The notes under the pieces were generated by a model that saw only the letters and a program-made list of their open reading frames with translations, searched no databases and was not told where the DNA came from. A DNA stretch of 61,444 bases, filler included, from Choristocarpus tenellus KU-1152 (lineage: Eukaryota; Protista; Phaeophyceae): NCBI GenBank assembly GCA_964200185.2. It is 11 parts of 11 records of this genome, joined end to end, with 100 filler letters (N's around TTAATTAATTAA, not from the genome) between each part and the next. Parts side by side here need not be neighbours in the genome. Positions count along the whole stretch, not along the records: positions 38,289 to 52,232 come from CAXNAD020001317.1; positions 52,333 to 56,640 come from CAXNAD020015186.1; positions 56,741 to 61,444 come from CAXNAD020013399.1; 8 more parts are not named here. One strand, 5' to 3'. How positions within the stretch are numbered: the first letter of the stretch is position 1; each line of letters starts with the position of its first letter. The position numbers and the translations under genes were made by a program. Shown piece by piece: positions 46,733 to 60,220 of this stretch.

Positions 46733-48870
46733 GATCTCTTTCTCTTTCCAGACGTTTCCTGTCTTGTTTCCTTCTTATCTTAACTTACCCTGATTTGGGT
46801 CTCCAATATATTGTAGTGCATCATTCGAAGTTCAATTTCACTCATCACAAACACACTTCCACTCCCTTGTCCTTTCCTTGAAGATGATGGAAAATCAACC
46901 ACCACACCAACAACCGTTGCTAGTCTGAAAAGATAACTCCTGCAAACTTTCTCTCTCGGGCGGGCCAAGCGGAGCTCAGCACTGGAAAAGGCAACTGTAA
47001 TCTTGACTTTCTCAGGCATGCAAGGTTTGGATTGGTGGTGAAGGTATTGGTTCAACAAACTATCCCCTGTCGCCAAAAGATAGCTTACACCCTGCCGCGT
47101 CTGGCGACTTGGCCTGGACAGCTGATATCAATATTGGGCTGCAGTATTTGGAACAGACAGTAAACCACACTCTCGATGCGCATAGACACGCGTGTGCGAT
47201 GAGCGATGCACTTCCCTTCACTGGTCATGGGCACATGATGGGACTGCACAGTACATGTTATCATACAGCGGTGTCTTTAAGCGGAATATAAATATTGTGT
47301 GGTGGCAGGGGCTCGTATGGGGATCCGACAATGGAAAGCGGTTGGAGACGAGCTTATTGCCCCACTAGTGACGGCAGTCACTGTAGTGGACAAGGAAACA
47401 GGAAAGAAGACCCATCGACCGCCTGAGACAGGGATGCTGTTGTGGAAGACGAAGATGGATAAATTGGACCAACAATCTGTAAAGATTTCAGGTGGGACAC
47501 CAAGAATCTGACCTATTTAACGTACAATGAAGTCAAGAGGAATTGAATGTAGAGGTAGTGATGATATAGAGATGATATTTGTGTTGTGGTTTGAGCAGTT
47601 GAGGCCAAGGCTGTACTATGGTGGTGTATGGGCATCATTTCGTAATATACATGTATACATCGTATTTCGAAGCGTATTGAAGGAGTAAAACATGGGTTAA
47701 ATGCGGTTCAACTGCTAGATTAAGCTTCAGTCTGTATGTCCCAGTGAGTTGATATTTCGAGTAGTAGTGCTTAACTGGTGATGGAGCACAATGAGCACAA
47801 TGAAGTCAGTGAAGGGTTAAACTGATTCTTGTGATTTGCAAGTGGAAGATGTGCTTTGGGCTTGACTGCAATGAGGTACCAGTTATTAAATATATGATCT
47901 CCTGCTAGTCAAACTAGTCTAACGTTTTCCGTTCAGAAAGCTTGCCAACCTAGAAATAATGATGAGGAAAGAGACATGCTTAAGTCAACTGGTTCTCAGT
48001 CAGAGGAACCCTCACTCCTCTTCCTTACCATAATGACCATGTTGGACTAGCTGCTGCGGTTCAATACTTGGGGGACAGTACTAGCCAACGAAGTGAAACA
48101 ATAGTACACAGCATTCTTCTGGATTTAATGTAATTGATTGCTCACAGAGCTGAAGTAACCAAGAGGTTCCCAGGTTTTGGCAGTTTTTCCTTTCAAGTAT
48201 ATTTTTTTATCTTTTGCAAGTCACCCTTATTTCTTATTTGGATGAAGTGATAAGGTTGACTTCAGATCATTGATCTCCCTTATTGTTTAATTTTTTTTGA
48301 CAGAATTAAGAGAAGTCTCTTACGCATTTGTACAAAAAGTCGAATTTTGCACAGTTGTCAGCATCCCTAAGAATGCAAACTTTGATACCTGTCATATATT
48401 TTTGCTAACAAATCATAAAACTCAATTTTGAGTAACTGTGGACTCACACAGGTGCACACGAATGATATGCACACATGTATAGATCTAGAAGTGTGTGGGA
48501 CAGGCATTTTTCATGTGCATTTTCTAAGCGCACATGCTTGGCTTCACTAGAGCAAAAAAGAACTAAACAACAGGGGGGTTCCACACTGTGGGAGGCATTA
48601 AAACAAAACAAAATTCAAATTTTGTCGTACCTTCTGGAAGTATTGTTATGTCTTGCATATGTAGACGTGTCTTGAATATCTTAGGGTAACTGTGCCGTTT
48701 TCTTCCATTGTTATAATGCATGAAATTCATTCATCAACCTCTGGGATATATAGTGCAGTATCTGTAGGTATACTTTTGCACGTACATATGTGCAGGCCAG
48801 GCAAAATTGAGATCCAGTCCATTCCTCCCAAGTTTCCTACAGCTTTGGTCCAGCCCTCTCAAAATATATA

Positions 48871-50519
48871 CTACCTCCATGCCATAAGTCTGTGCAGTGT
48901 TGTCCATACCGTTTGAAGATGTTACTGAAATTCGTTTCTGAAAGAAGATTTGGAATCTTATGACGAATTTCTGGTTAGGGTCAGCTCTTTTTATTTTTAT
49001 TACTCCCCATCCATCACAACTTTTATCAACCACGGAAAAAGCCTCCATGTCTACCTTCGGCGTGTTCTCAAGTTCACCAGACAACTGCCTCTTTCTTACC
49101 CCTGTGTGCTCCACACTGAAGTCATTCCCCCCTTTGTATCTAAGTACTTGATTGTGCACCACAAAAAGGAACTGCCAAACTATATCAAGTGTGGTTTCAT
49201 CATACTCCTCATACTGTTACTTAATTACCTTCACCATCTCCTTGATGGACCCAAACTGCTTCCCCATCACCCGGTATTTCAAAGACCTGAAGAAGTACAG
49301 GTCCATGATATTGAGGTCAGGGGACTTAGATGGCTGCGTCACAGGCCTAATTGACTACCCCTCAGTCTTCCCTGCCCCTGAGAAGATTTTTGAGTTACCC
49401 TTGCCCGTGTGGGGGGGGTGGCACCGTCTTGCTGAATGACAACGTGCTTCCCCTGCAACCAAGGCTTCTTGATCTTGATTGCAGGCAGTAAATCCTCTAT
49501 GTACTGCCTCCTGCACCTGGTCTAAAGTACAGTCCTGCTCATACACATCCCCCTTTTTATGGTTCTTGCTTGTCCTCTCTGCTGTTTTTGGTGCACACAC
49601 ACGCCAAACACCAAGCTTTCCATCAAAGCTGTGAGCCGAACCTGGATGGGCATTGGCTGCAATGATCATGGTTTTGGGGATATGACTCTTGTGCTGCACA
49701 GCAGGGGACCCTGGAAGGTTGCTATCATCCTCATGCGGAAATATCCTAACCCTTTCCCCATCAGCTACCATGTAAAACCAGGTTTCAGTCGCATGGATCG
49801 TGTTTGCCATGGAGGCGTACACACCACGTTTCCAGTCCACTTGATCGCAAGCAAGATCCATTCTACATACCATACCTTGCCACAATTTAAGCTTGGGTTT
49901 GATCCAGCGGCAATTCGGCTTGGCCCCCATATCATCCAACCACCTGTTTATGGTGCTTGTGCTGTAATTCAGCCCCTTGGCGGCCATCTTCATTGTCACC
50001 TGACACAGTGTGGATGACCAATTATTGGAGTTGATACTATGTACCGCAGCCATCTTGGTTGGAGTGATTTCTTATAGCCGCCAACTACGTGCCACCACCC
50101 CAAGATCAAGTGTGTGGACACGGGTGAGCTGATTGACAACGTCTTCCCAGAGCCCTTGCATGTAACGCTCACACACTCCAAACTCTGCTGCAAGGGTCGG
50201 CTCAACGTATCGCGACAGTTTATGCTCACCGGGGACCATCGCAAGGGTATGCCGCACTGCAAGTGCAACCCTGGTATTCAGGGACGCTTGGGCACCCTTC
50301 CTATGCGGGAGGGTCAACGGGGGGTTGCCATGCTGACGTTCTGACCCTTGACGTGCCCAGTTCTGACCCTTGACGTGCCCAGTTCTGACCTCAAAATCAC
50401 CCCAAAGGACTCCTACTTTGACGGCTTGAAGCACCTCAAGTTTGTACCTGATGATTCTTGACCCCTCTTGCTTGGCAAGCCCAGATGTTTTGCGGCATAA
50501 ACTTACGGTATAGAGGGAG
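48871..50519 (-). mobile_element. Full-length-sized but decayed mariner (DD39D/Osmar-like), TA TSD
   Basis: TA|CTACCTCCATGCCATAAGT...ACTTACGGTATAGAGGGAG|TA (Stowaway-like CTCCCTC terminus). IHATETWFY, VQHKSHIPKTM, FDGKLGVW and QPSKSPDLNIMDLYFFRSLK motifs, with frameshifts. Confidence 0.92.
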
Positions 50520-52075
50520 TATTACTGAGCCAACTTGTGCTTTGACACCCAGTAACAACTACCTGATCTGGTGTAAAGCCCTGTAATTTTAGATATTTTC
50601 GTTGGTATTACTTGATTAGATGCTCAAAGTGTGATGAGTGTGTTGTATCCCACCCAATCAGTGGCATATAGGGTTAAGTTTCCAAACAAATGGGAAATGG
50701 GTAGAGCATAGAGAGTCATAGTGTGGTGCACAGGACCTGAAGATGGCATAACATGAACAAACCTTACGCCACCAGCTCAACTATATATGGGTGCTGACAT
50801 AGTGAGCCCATTTGAGGGGAAGGGATACTACGGGGAGCCTGAATCCCGCACTTTTCTTGAAGGTAGCAGTTTTGGGGAGATGATTTGCATGCGTTTATTG
50901 CCAGTACCTGAAACATAAATGTACTACGTATGAGCAAAGATTGCATCCTGACTGATGTGAGAGATGCCGTTTCTGTTAAACATAGAGCTAGCTTTGTCTA
51001 CTACCATTGCCTGCCAATACTACAATTCCTTGTCCTTGCCAGGGTATGAAATTGACTGAGTGGTATCCTGTGAGTGAGATGAAGAATATTGGTTTTTGGA
51101 GTGGGGCTTTCAGCTACTCAAAGATGTAGTGGGAGAATGCAGCATGGTGTTAATTTTGAGCTTGGGCGTCAGGGTTTTGTTAATGCTTTTGGTAGAGGGT
51201 GAGGTTTGGCTTAAGGGTTTGGATTTGGTGATTAAAGTTTAAAGGGGAAAGAGAAAGTGTAGGGAGAATCCAGATTCAGAGTTGGAATGCTGCTGAAAGT
51301 CTCAAGACAGCATTGCCCTTTCAAATGCTACCTCTTCCCTACCTCTTCCCTCTACTACTGAGTCAAGATTTCCAACATTCATCTGTTGAATCAATACCTC
51401 ACCCCAAAGCTCCTCCTTGGCGTAATGGGCTGACGCTTTTGTTCTTGTGAAAGAGGATTTATATAACCTGTGCCTAGTAGTAGTAGCACTACTATTTTTA
51501 ATTAGTGGGACAGTGTCAGTCTAGACCTATGGTAATCTAGATTAACTAAATTCGCAGAACCTCATTCATGCATCCTTTCCGCCCTACCCCAATTTTCATT
51601 TTTTGGTGTTGAATGCAGTAACCGTGGTAATCTGGGTGAAAATATTTTTCTCTTTTTACCACTCTTGCTCCCCTGATCTACTTCACTGTCGAGCCACCTG
51701 GTTCAACGGACTTCTGTTGAAGGGGGAGTCCCTACATCATCAGCGAAGAAAAAAAGTGGGCAGCATCGAACGTACCTATTACTGACTAGTGTAGTAAAAT
51801 TATTAGAGGGTTCCAATCTCAATCTCTGATATCTCTTATGTCACTTGTGACAGAGAGGAGAGGGGTCATGGGGGCGAAGCAAGGACTCTTACCATCTTGC
51901 TAGATTGAGTTAGGACTAAATGATGCAGTTGTCACTCTGGAGTATATTGTCTAAAACAAGGTTTTGCATTGAAGGTGCTTTCTTCCTGCTGTGCTCCAGA
52001 GTCAAATGTAAAAGGAAGAACTTGCAAAAATGGGTGCATGAACTGTATCCTTCAATTGGCTTCCAAAGACTATCA

Positions 52076-52232
52076 GGCTCAAAGTATCTGAGAGGGGGTG
52101 GCAGCTGTTCATTTGTGGTCAATTTTTTCATATCACGATTTTAGGGTGATTTGGTTCCGTACGTCAGATGGATAATGTCTATGCACTTTTCCTGCTTTTG
52201 GTCCAAGTGGACACCCTGGTGTAGACCCCCCC
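52076..52232. mobile_element. MITE family A, truncated by contig end
   Basis: GGCTCAAAGTATCTGAGAGGGGG...GACACCCTGGTGTAGACCCCCC. Confidence 0.88.
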
Positions 52233-52437
52233 NNNNNNNNNNNNNNNNNNNNNNNNNNNNNNNNNNNNNNNNNNNNTTAATTAATTAANNNNNNNNNNNN
52301 NNNNNNNNNNNNNNNNNNNNNNNNNNNNNNNNCTGCTCTTATCTTATAAAAATCCACCACACCACCAACCACCCCCCCCCCCCCCCCCCCCCCAGCCCCC
52401 AACAACTGTAGCCCTCAATCAACAAGCAGGTGCTCAC

Positions 52438-55400
52438 CTCATCCAGCGACATCCCCGCCTCAGCTGCAGCTCCTGCCACCTTGCCAACCAGTACTGTTCC
52501 GGCAACCCCCCTTCTACCAGTGATGCCCTTTCCCCTCGAGAGGGCGCAGTCATCCCCGACCACATGCATGCACACCTTCCAATCACAATGAGCAATGTGA
52601 TGACCGATCAGGTGAGGGAGGTTGCAGGATGAATGAAGGCACCCCCACGGACTCAGGGATAACACAAGGGCTATTTCATTGCCCTAAATGTGATGATGCT
52701 TTGTGTATCGTGTCCCCTACCCCTCAAAACAATCCTTTCTTTTCTTAGGTATTATCACCAAATATATGTTGACTGTCAATCTTTGATGCATCACTCATGG
52801 GAAGAAATGACAATACTAAACGTCAGAAAACAGATGGAGGCGTCAGCACATAACGTGACACATGAGCAGCGTGCACAATTAACACACATTGACCCGTACC
52901 CTGAGGCCTTCAGCCTTGGCCCTCTCTACTGCCATGCCAAAGTTGAGCCTGTCTCCCGTGTAGTTCATGACCAGCACGAGACAACCATGGGGACCACAAA
53001 CCGCTCGAATGGCAGCCAGAACCGCTGACGCAGGGGGTGACGCAAACACGCCTACCATATCATGTTAAAAAAAAAAAAATCAAGAGATCAACGATAGGTT
53101 ATCCACAAAAATATATATTTTACAAGTAAGAAAAGAGAATCCCTGCCCCCCTGACCATTATTGCGTAGGGGTGTGTGGGTTGGTTGCTGAATATGACATT
53201 TAATTTTTTTTATTGTGCGTGCACACAATAAATTAAAAAAACTGTCCTGTGCAGAACACTCGAAGCAGTCGAAAAAGCTGTTGCAATTCTACAGGGTAAG
53301 AGAGGGCTCCATTAGATGCACACGCCAACAAGGTCATGGGAGGGTCTTACCCGGCTCCAAATGCTATCGCCAGCGCAATAGAGTCTAGCAAACCTGTCTT
53401 CACAACAAGGCCGTAAGACACCCCTGAGACACCGAATAAATCCCCTCGACAGTGGTAGAATATTTTTAAAAAATGTTGCAAAAATTTGGCAGAAAACTTT
53501 GCGCCTGCATTGGGTACGATCACCCCCGTGACAACAAAAGTGCGAAATTGCGCGCATTTTTTTTTTTGTTTTTGGTACTTTTGTACTTGTCTTCCAGTTG
53601 CTAGAGCTCCTTCGCATCTTCTTTACTTTGTGTTTCCATTGACATGTGCCAAAAAAAATGAAAATTTGAAGGGACAGGGGGGATCAGAGCCCACGACTCC
53701 ACAAGAATAACAAAAAAACGGGAACAGATAAGGCCTGCACAGGTTAAAACTTTTTCAAAAAAAGTCCTCTCCAGAGCATTGCTCTTGCCTCTTCCGTGGG
53801 GGCATTGTAATACCTCCTCAAGTAACAAGCACAATGCTCAACCACCCTCAATCAGCCTCCCTTGGCACTCACGCCCATTAAACAAGGTTCAACGTGCCCC
53901 TGAACCACACATGGTATCAAAGCAAAAAAAAAATCTCTGGATGGTGCGGTTGCCATGACCTCGGCGGAGTTTGTTAAAGAAGACATCGGGAAGATGGGTA
54001 GCAGGTCAAACGAACAGGGCATTACCGTACACACACGTACCTCCACAGACAGCCGCCGTCAGCATTCCCTCCCCAACATACCCGGCAAAGGCCGGCTCGT
54101 GTCCACTACCCCCTCCAGACACCAGGGTGACCTGTAAGGGTACGACGGCAGAGGGCCAACCGAGTCATGGAGGATTAGTACCACAGAAGGGGATGGGGTC
54201 GTGAAGGGAGCGGGGGATCTTACCTTCCTAGGTGTCTTGTTCGAGGATGTTGAACCTTAAGACTCTTGCTACGAAGAATCGTTGATGCAATGGTGACCCC
54301 CTACTGCACTGAACATGTGAACATGTTGGCAGTAGCTGAAAAACAGAAAGCAGCACACAAAACTTGGGGAAAAATCTCTTCTCCTTGTCTCTGAGAAATT
54401 AGCCCGCACAACACACCTGACCCCAACTGGAGCCAGTCTGCCCAATGATGTTCACAAGACTACACCAACAGTTGCCACAAAATATCGTATGGTGTCCCTG
54501 GAAGTACACCATAACATCAAGTAAAGTAAAACGCCTGCTAGGTTGGCTAGAGTAAAGCAATGTTTAAAATTGATGTGCCACTCTTGCTCAGAAATGAATA
54601 TCCTTAGCCTCACACATAAACGCCATCCTAAGTGCAAAACAAGCACACAGCAATGACCTACATCGATGTACTTCATACTCCTATAACAGGACCACTCCTC
54701 CCTCCCCCACACAGATGGGATACCAAATATTTGATTTATCATGCCAAATCGAACAGCATTAGTAAATGCTCACCTGCACATAATTCCTAAATCAATTATC
54801 TATACCACTAACCCACAAATCCCATTTTTTCTATACTATCACCCCTCTCACAGTATCAACAAACTGCACCCCACAAACGTCATATTGGAACACAACTTGT
54901 ACCTCTGTGTCACCTGTGTTTGGCTAACAGAAGCCATGTCCGCCCGAGCGACTACATCATGCCCCTCCAACTTGACAAGGCGGGTCGGTTCCGCAACCAA
55001 AACAAGACCCTAACAGGGCACAGAAAAAGGAAATTGGCAGGGCATCATATGAGAAAAGATAAAACGAGATTTTGACGTTTAGACGGATTACACAAAGCGT
55101 TGTTATTCGCAGCTGCAGTGACGCTGCCATACTGTTTGTTATTAGGGAGGTGGATGTGGAAATACATTTATCCATATCCTCAACATCAAATCATGTCCAA
55201 GTTGAGCGACTATTATATTTTCTTGAGGAATGGCTCCGTATTTCACCCTGGCCATAGATCAGGGGCCAACCCAACTATTCTAATTGCCTCTAAGATCTGC
55301 AGTACACCCTACACCTCCCGCCGAAACACCATCTTAAGGGTTCACTCTATAGTAGGTGATAATATCATAGCCAGTGCAGTAAAGGCAACATTGCTCCCTT

Positions 55401-56208
55401 CATGTTCTATTGATATGTCGGAAGAAAGCCAGAGAAACCTCTAACTATTCCTCGTACGAGATCGACTAGGTAAGCATGGTTGGACAATATGACGGTAAAC
55501 CATCGCATAGGCACCTCAAGCAAAGCCCATTTCGTGCATTTCGTTCGTCACTACGGAGTGCCTTGGCGTAGAGATAGGCAGCACAATGAGAAGGACTTGT
55601 TTCATTCCCAACTGCTACAACTCGGTGGACGCTAAGCAAATTGAGATAGAAAATGAAGGGTAAGTTGCAATCATCCTGTTAGCTACGAAGCAGCTACCAC
55701 TTCCTTGGAACTCAACTATAGTACTTACTAAATCATGACAGAAGAATGTCAACATAAGGACTGTAAGTAGACACACCCGCACAGAGAAAGGCAAAATGAA
55801 CAGATGAGAAAATGTTATGGTAGACGTATACTCAGCGGGTGCATAGGTGTAGGCACATGATGGGTCGCAAGACGCAGGCAATAATATGAAAAGACAAGTC
55901 CTCACTTCACCCTTCAACGAACCTACTCCAAATATAGATCGTGCAAGCAAAAAACCTAGTAGAGCTAGTTACACCGAAAATCGAAGCTATCATTCAGCTT
56001 ATATCTCTATTGAGATGCCCACGCCAATCAACCGCGTCAGCGACCTGTTCCATACCCTCCTCACGAGCCTTCTTCAAAAGAACAAACCGCATATCAACAC
56101 GCGAGAAACCGAGAATCGATTGAGGAACCACCCCTTCACCTCGATCATCTCCGAGACCACATCCTCAGCCCGGTTGATGAACTTCTTGGCAGGTACAGGA
56201 GAAGACAT
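52438..56208 (-). CDS. DAK: Dihydroxyacetone kinase / triokinase (DAK1 domain), 5' part; exons 56208-56140, 55009-54914, 54131-54041, 53051-52900, 52575-52438
   Basis: [78 protein letters not shown]...GRRGVAGT. In-phase splice sites. Confidence 0.95.
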
Positions 56209-56740
56209 CAACGCAACAGCTATCGCCAACAACCACTTCAACCACTCTGATTGTGTGCGCGAGTTGGGATTTCGAAGATCGTACAGCGCGAGGAGCACAC
56301 GAGGTAGATTCCCTCTCTGTTTTTGGTTTTCTGTTAACTCTTTTCCATTTTCTGACATCAGAAAATATTTTCACTCTCCACTCCTACTCCTCCTGTTCTA
56401 TCTATATATTATTTTCCTCACTTTCTTTATGGAACTTATTCTCCACTCCCTACACCCACCCTAACTAACCCCTTCCTTGACCCATGGTCACATGGCAGTA
56501 CACACGTCACTTTTTCCTCTACCCTACGAACTATCTGTTGCCCTGTAACTAATTGGACTGCCCTGTGCGTATCTTGATTTTTTCTATGTCATTGAAGTGA
56601 GAAGTATCTCGGGGGGGGGGTCTCGGCGTCTGTTTTTCACNNNNNNNNNNNNNNNNNNNNNNNNNNNNNNNNNNNNNNNNNNNNTTAATTAATTAANNNN
56701 NNNNNNNNNNNNNNNNNNNNNNNNNNNNNNNNNNNNNNNN

Positions 56741-56780
56741 CACCCTGGTGTAGGCCCCCCCCCCCCAGATACTTTGGATC
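56741..56780. mobile_element. MITE family A terminus at contig start
   Basis: CACCCTGGTGTAGGCCCCC...CAGATACTTTGG. Confidence 0.75.
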
Positions 56781-56889
56781 TTGAGTCAAATATACTCAAG
56801 AGTATGTTCTAGCATAGAAAGCGAAAAATGTGAGATGCTTGCTTCTCACCAATGAACTCTCACTGTCACAGGAGGGGTGTAGACTAACC

Positions 56890-57543
56890 TGGCCTTTCTC
56901 CTCTTGAACTCTGCTCTTTATACCGCAACCGTCGACTCTGAGAGACTCACGTCCTCCCTCGCAAAAACCTTGTCCAAGACGCTGTTTCAATGTCGGGTTT
57001 GCACCAGATAGTATGGTGCTTTGTGCTGTACGATTAAGGTCCTGTTCCACTTCCTATTTAAGGGTGCTCCATACAAAAAATATTGGGTTGTGGTTTGGTT
57101 TTGGCATCTGTAGTAGACAGAGCTATATGTGAACTTGTAAAGCACAAGTATTGACATACTAATTCACAATGTACAGATGATGAACAATACCATCCACAGA
57201 ATATATTATTTGTTGCCATTACCAGCTAAAATCTCCGTCCAATCCTCGACTGAAACATATCTGTGGGCCATCTACGAGTCTGACAGGTTTCCACAAGTCA
57301 CGATATAGAATTATAGCAGGGTTGGCAATCTCTTTCCACCTCTGGTGGGACCAGTTGGTGAAGATGGTATGACTTTTCGAAATTGTCGACATCTACCTCA
57401 ACTCTCATACGGCCGTCATTTAAGACTTACCTTGTGCTTTTTCTGTAGCCATTCCTCGACCTGCTTCCTCTCCGCTTGCTCAAGTATACCTCGATACTTT
57501 TGCAATCTCTTTGAATCTGGTCTACGGAGTGGACCCATTGGCC
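56890..57543 (-). CDS. Hypothetical gene, two in-phase exons (57543-57431, ~57054-56890), divergent from Med22
   Basis: cag|...PMGPLRRPDSKRLQKYRGILEQAERKQVEEWLQKKHK|gtaagt joins tag|EVEQDLNRTAQ...EEKGQ|gttagt in phase 0. No recognisable domain. Confidence 0.45.
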
Positions 57544-58082
57544 TGTAGTCCCTTGACAACGAAATATTTCCCGAAGATAGCAACACCCACACTAAATCAC
57601 AATGCCTTCAATATTCAAGTGTTCAGACCCACTTATCCATGTGGCTCAATCAAATAGAGGGGGTAGGAGAGAAAGGGTTTGAGGTGCTGATAAAGATAGT
57701 TGCGAAGTTGTGACTATTCAATATTTGATACCAAACATGAAACCGTGAACTGTTTCGTGCTAGGTAAGAGGAATCATTAATCAAAATCAGAATGATCAAG
57801 AATGCAATATTTTACAATACAATACACGTAGATAGTATTACAACATATAGGCTACCCCCCCGATTTCTTCATGGTGAAATTTTGAATGTCTGCCTCCTGT
57901 CTCCTACCCTCGTTCAGTAATTCAAGTTCCATTTCTCTTGTTTAGTTGTGAAGCAGACATGGATCGCTGTTCGCAGAGCAAACCTTGAATACCACCTTCC
58001 TGATTTTTACATCTGCTCTTCTCCCCTCCAGCCTCTGACAATAAGTAATCTTCAACTCTCGTTGCTGTGGCATCGTTGTGGA

Positions 58083-59272
58083 ATGGCGGAAAGCAAGGAC
58101 ATACGCCCAGCGGAGTTTCGGAAACAGGTGAGTCGTCCCATATACAATCGCTTAGGAGATCAATCGAGGACTTACCCCTCCGTGATGAACGCAGACGAAT
58201 GTGTCCTGGTATCGCCATCCTGTTGTCAAGAATTCTCCCCTCCACTTCCATTGACTGTGATAGGTGGACTCCAACACACGTGCCATGATCGAAAGTTTCG
58301 GAGCCCTACTTCGCCAGGCGCGTATCACGGATGCTGAGGGTGCTACACACGAGTCATTTCAGGCAAGCTCAAGTTGTTTCTAGTTTGCCAACGACATCAC
58401 ATCCTGACGCTCACCATACACTGATGATAAACACTCTAACCTGAAAGTCCATGCTTTCTCAGATTAACGTTGCTACAGCCAACCTCGCCACCACTGCAGA
58501 GGGGCTGCTTCGGCAGATTCGCGAGCTGAAGCTCAACATTCTTCTACAGGTTGGGACCTATCATTTTTCTCTCCAGCATTGTTGGTTGAATTCAGTGATC
58601 ACTGAAATGCTGTCTTCATTATTGACCATCATGAGAAAAGATTTTGATGAAGTCCGATCAAGCAAATTGCCGTTTGATGTTCACATCTTTACATTTGAAA
58701 ATATCCATGGTGGCATCCTCATGCAACTTGTCAAGGTTGTGGGTTGAGTTCAGTATCACCCCCTGGTGTTTCAATCTCCAGCAGGTTCCTGTAGTGCTGT
58801 GCTACCACTTTCCCCCCTTGCAGTCCAACTTCCCTCAACTTCCTCTACACACTACAGGACTTCAGATTTCGTTTCAATACCCTCACTATTCAATATGTGC
58901 CCTGGGTCTTGACGGTGCTACTGTCAAAAAGCATAAAGATACGTCCAGTCTTGTTTCCCATATTATTGGACCAAACATCTGTTGGTGAGATGATTCGCTA
59001 GTACCTTGGAATTGAGCTGTCTGGAGTGAGGCATGCTTTTGACAATTTAGTATGTGCTCAAGGGTTAATGTAAAATTTTTCCTCTCTTACCCATCTTGAA
59101 GGATAAAGAGGCGCTGGATAGTGAAGTATCAGCTACTTGTGAGCAGATATCGCGAGACAAGGAGCTTTTGAAGATGGAGATGGAGGCCCTCTCTAACGAT
59201 CTGAAGCGGGCTTACTCTGAGGCTGCGACAAGGGGGGGTTCTGGGATGAGAAATCCGTCGGATATGCGATAG
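58083..59272 (+). CDS. MED22: Mediator subunit 22 (Med22/Surf5/Srb6-like); exons 58083-58127, 58264-58362, 58463-58549, 59102-59272
   Basis: Spliced product MAESKDIRPAEFRKQVDSNTRAMIESFGALLRQARI...ESFQINVATANLATTAEGLLRQIRELKLNILLQDKEAL... matches the Med22 pattern (AanlvxAaExLLxLixELK..LLxD). About 133 aa. Confidence 0.8.
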
Positions 59273-60004
59273 TGTTCTTCCCCGGCAAGGCCGGGGTGTG
59301 TAACATCTGTTGTGGGTGATGCAGTGTCTTTGCTCTGTGATGTCTATCAAAGTTCACTCTAAATTCTTGGGCTAATTGTGACAACTGATGTCTAATCAAC
59401 AAGATGTCTAATCAACAAGATACGTACATTTTGGTCCTAGACATTTGACTTTGTTGGTCAACAACTTACCTTCATCCCATTGCCTTGGCATGTTGATACA
59501 TGTGTGGAATCGAAGGATAGTTGCCAGTGTTGGTGGTTAGGCATGCCTGTCATCAGTGCCTGACTTTCCTAACCATGATCATTTTGATGTCCCCAGCATT
59601 TTTTTTCCAAGAACCATGGAACTTGCTCTAGTGTCATTCTCCTTTGACCCATGACAGGTTTGCGTCAGTTTATGGTTGACTTCATGACCCACCTAGAAAT
59701 ATTTTTTCTTCTATCATGTGTGTTCACACAAGCAACGCCCTGCTATTGAATTTTGTGCAGAGGTTCAGTGCCTCTACTGCTGTTAATGATGGTGTCTACT
59801 TCAGTTCTTGTGAACTAATGATACTTTGCAGTGAGCATCCGTGTGGACTCCAACTTTTTGTACAGGCAGTTTTCTGACAGGGAGGTGGAAATCCATGTGT
59901 GTGCCTTCTCTTCGTGGTTTGCAGTGCTGGAGTGCACAGGGGAACCCCCCTGTCTTCGGGACACTTGGGAACCCTCACTGTAATTTTTTTTGCTTTTTCT
60001 CACG

Positions 60005-60220
60005 CATTTTTGAAAACCTAACCCTATCTCTAACCCTAGCCCTAACCCTGACTTGTATGTGTAAAATATCCCTAACCAGCCAAGGAAATGTCCTAGGAGA
60101 AGTGGTGGTGTATAGTGTGCACTGGGAAACCACAACCTCTCAAGGATCAATCACTTTTCACCTTTTTGCACTTGTTTTTGAGAATCTAACTCTAACCCTA
60201 ATCTTAACCCTAACCCTATC
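60005..60220. repeat. Two related blocks of degenerate (CCCTAA)n
   Basis: TTTTGAAAACCTAACCCTATCTCTAACCCTAGCCCTAACCC and TTTTGAGAATCTAACTCTAACCCTAATCTTAACCCTAACCC. Confidence 0.75.

Noticed and set aside
46780-47076. 98-aa ORF as an upstream DusA exon
   Set aside because: The apparent intron would be about 30 nt and does not join in frame with the DusA start.
55886-56464. 192-aa plus-strand ORF
   Set aside because: Overlaps the first DAK exon in antisense; no domain.
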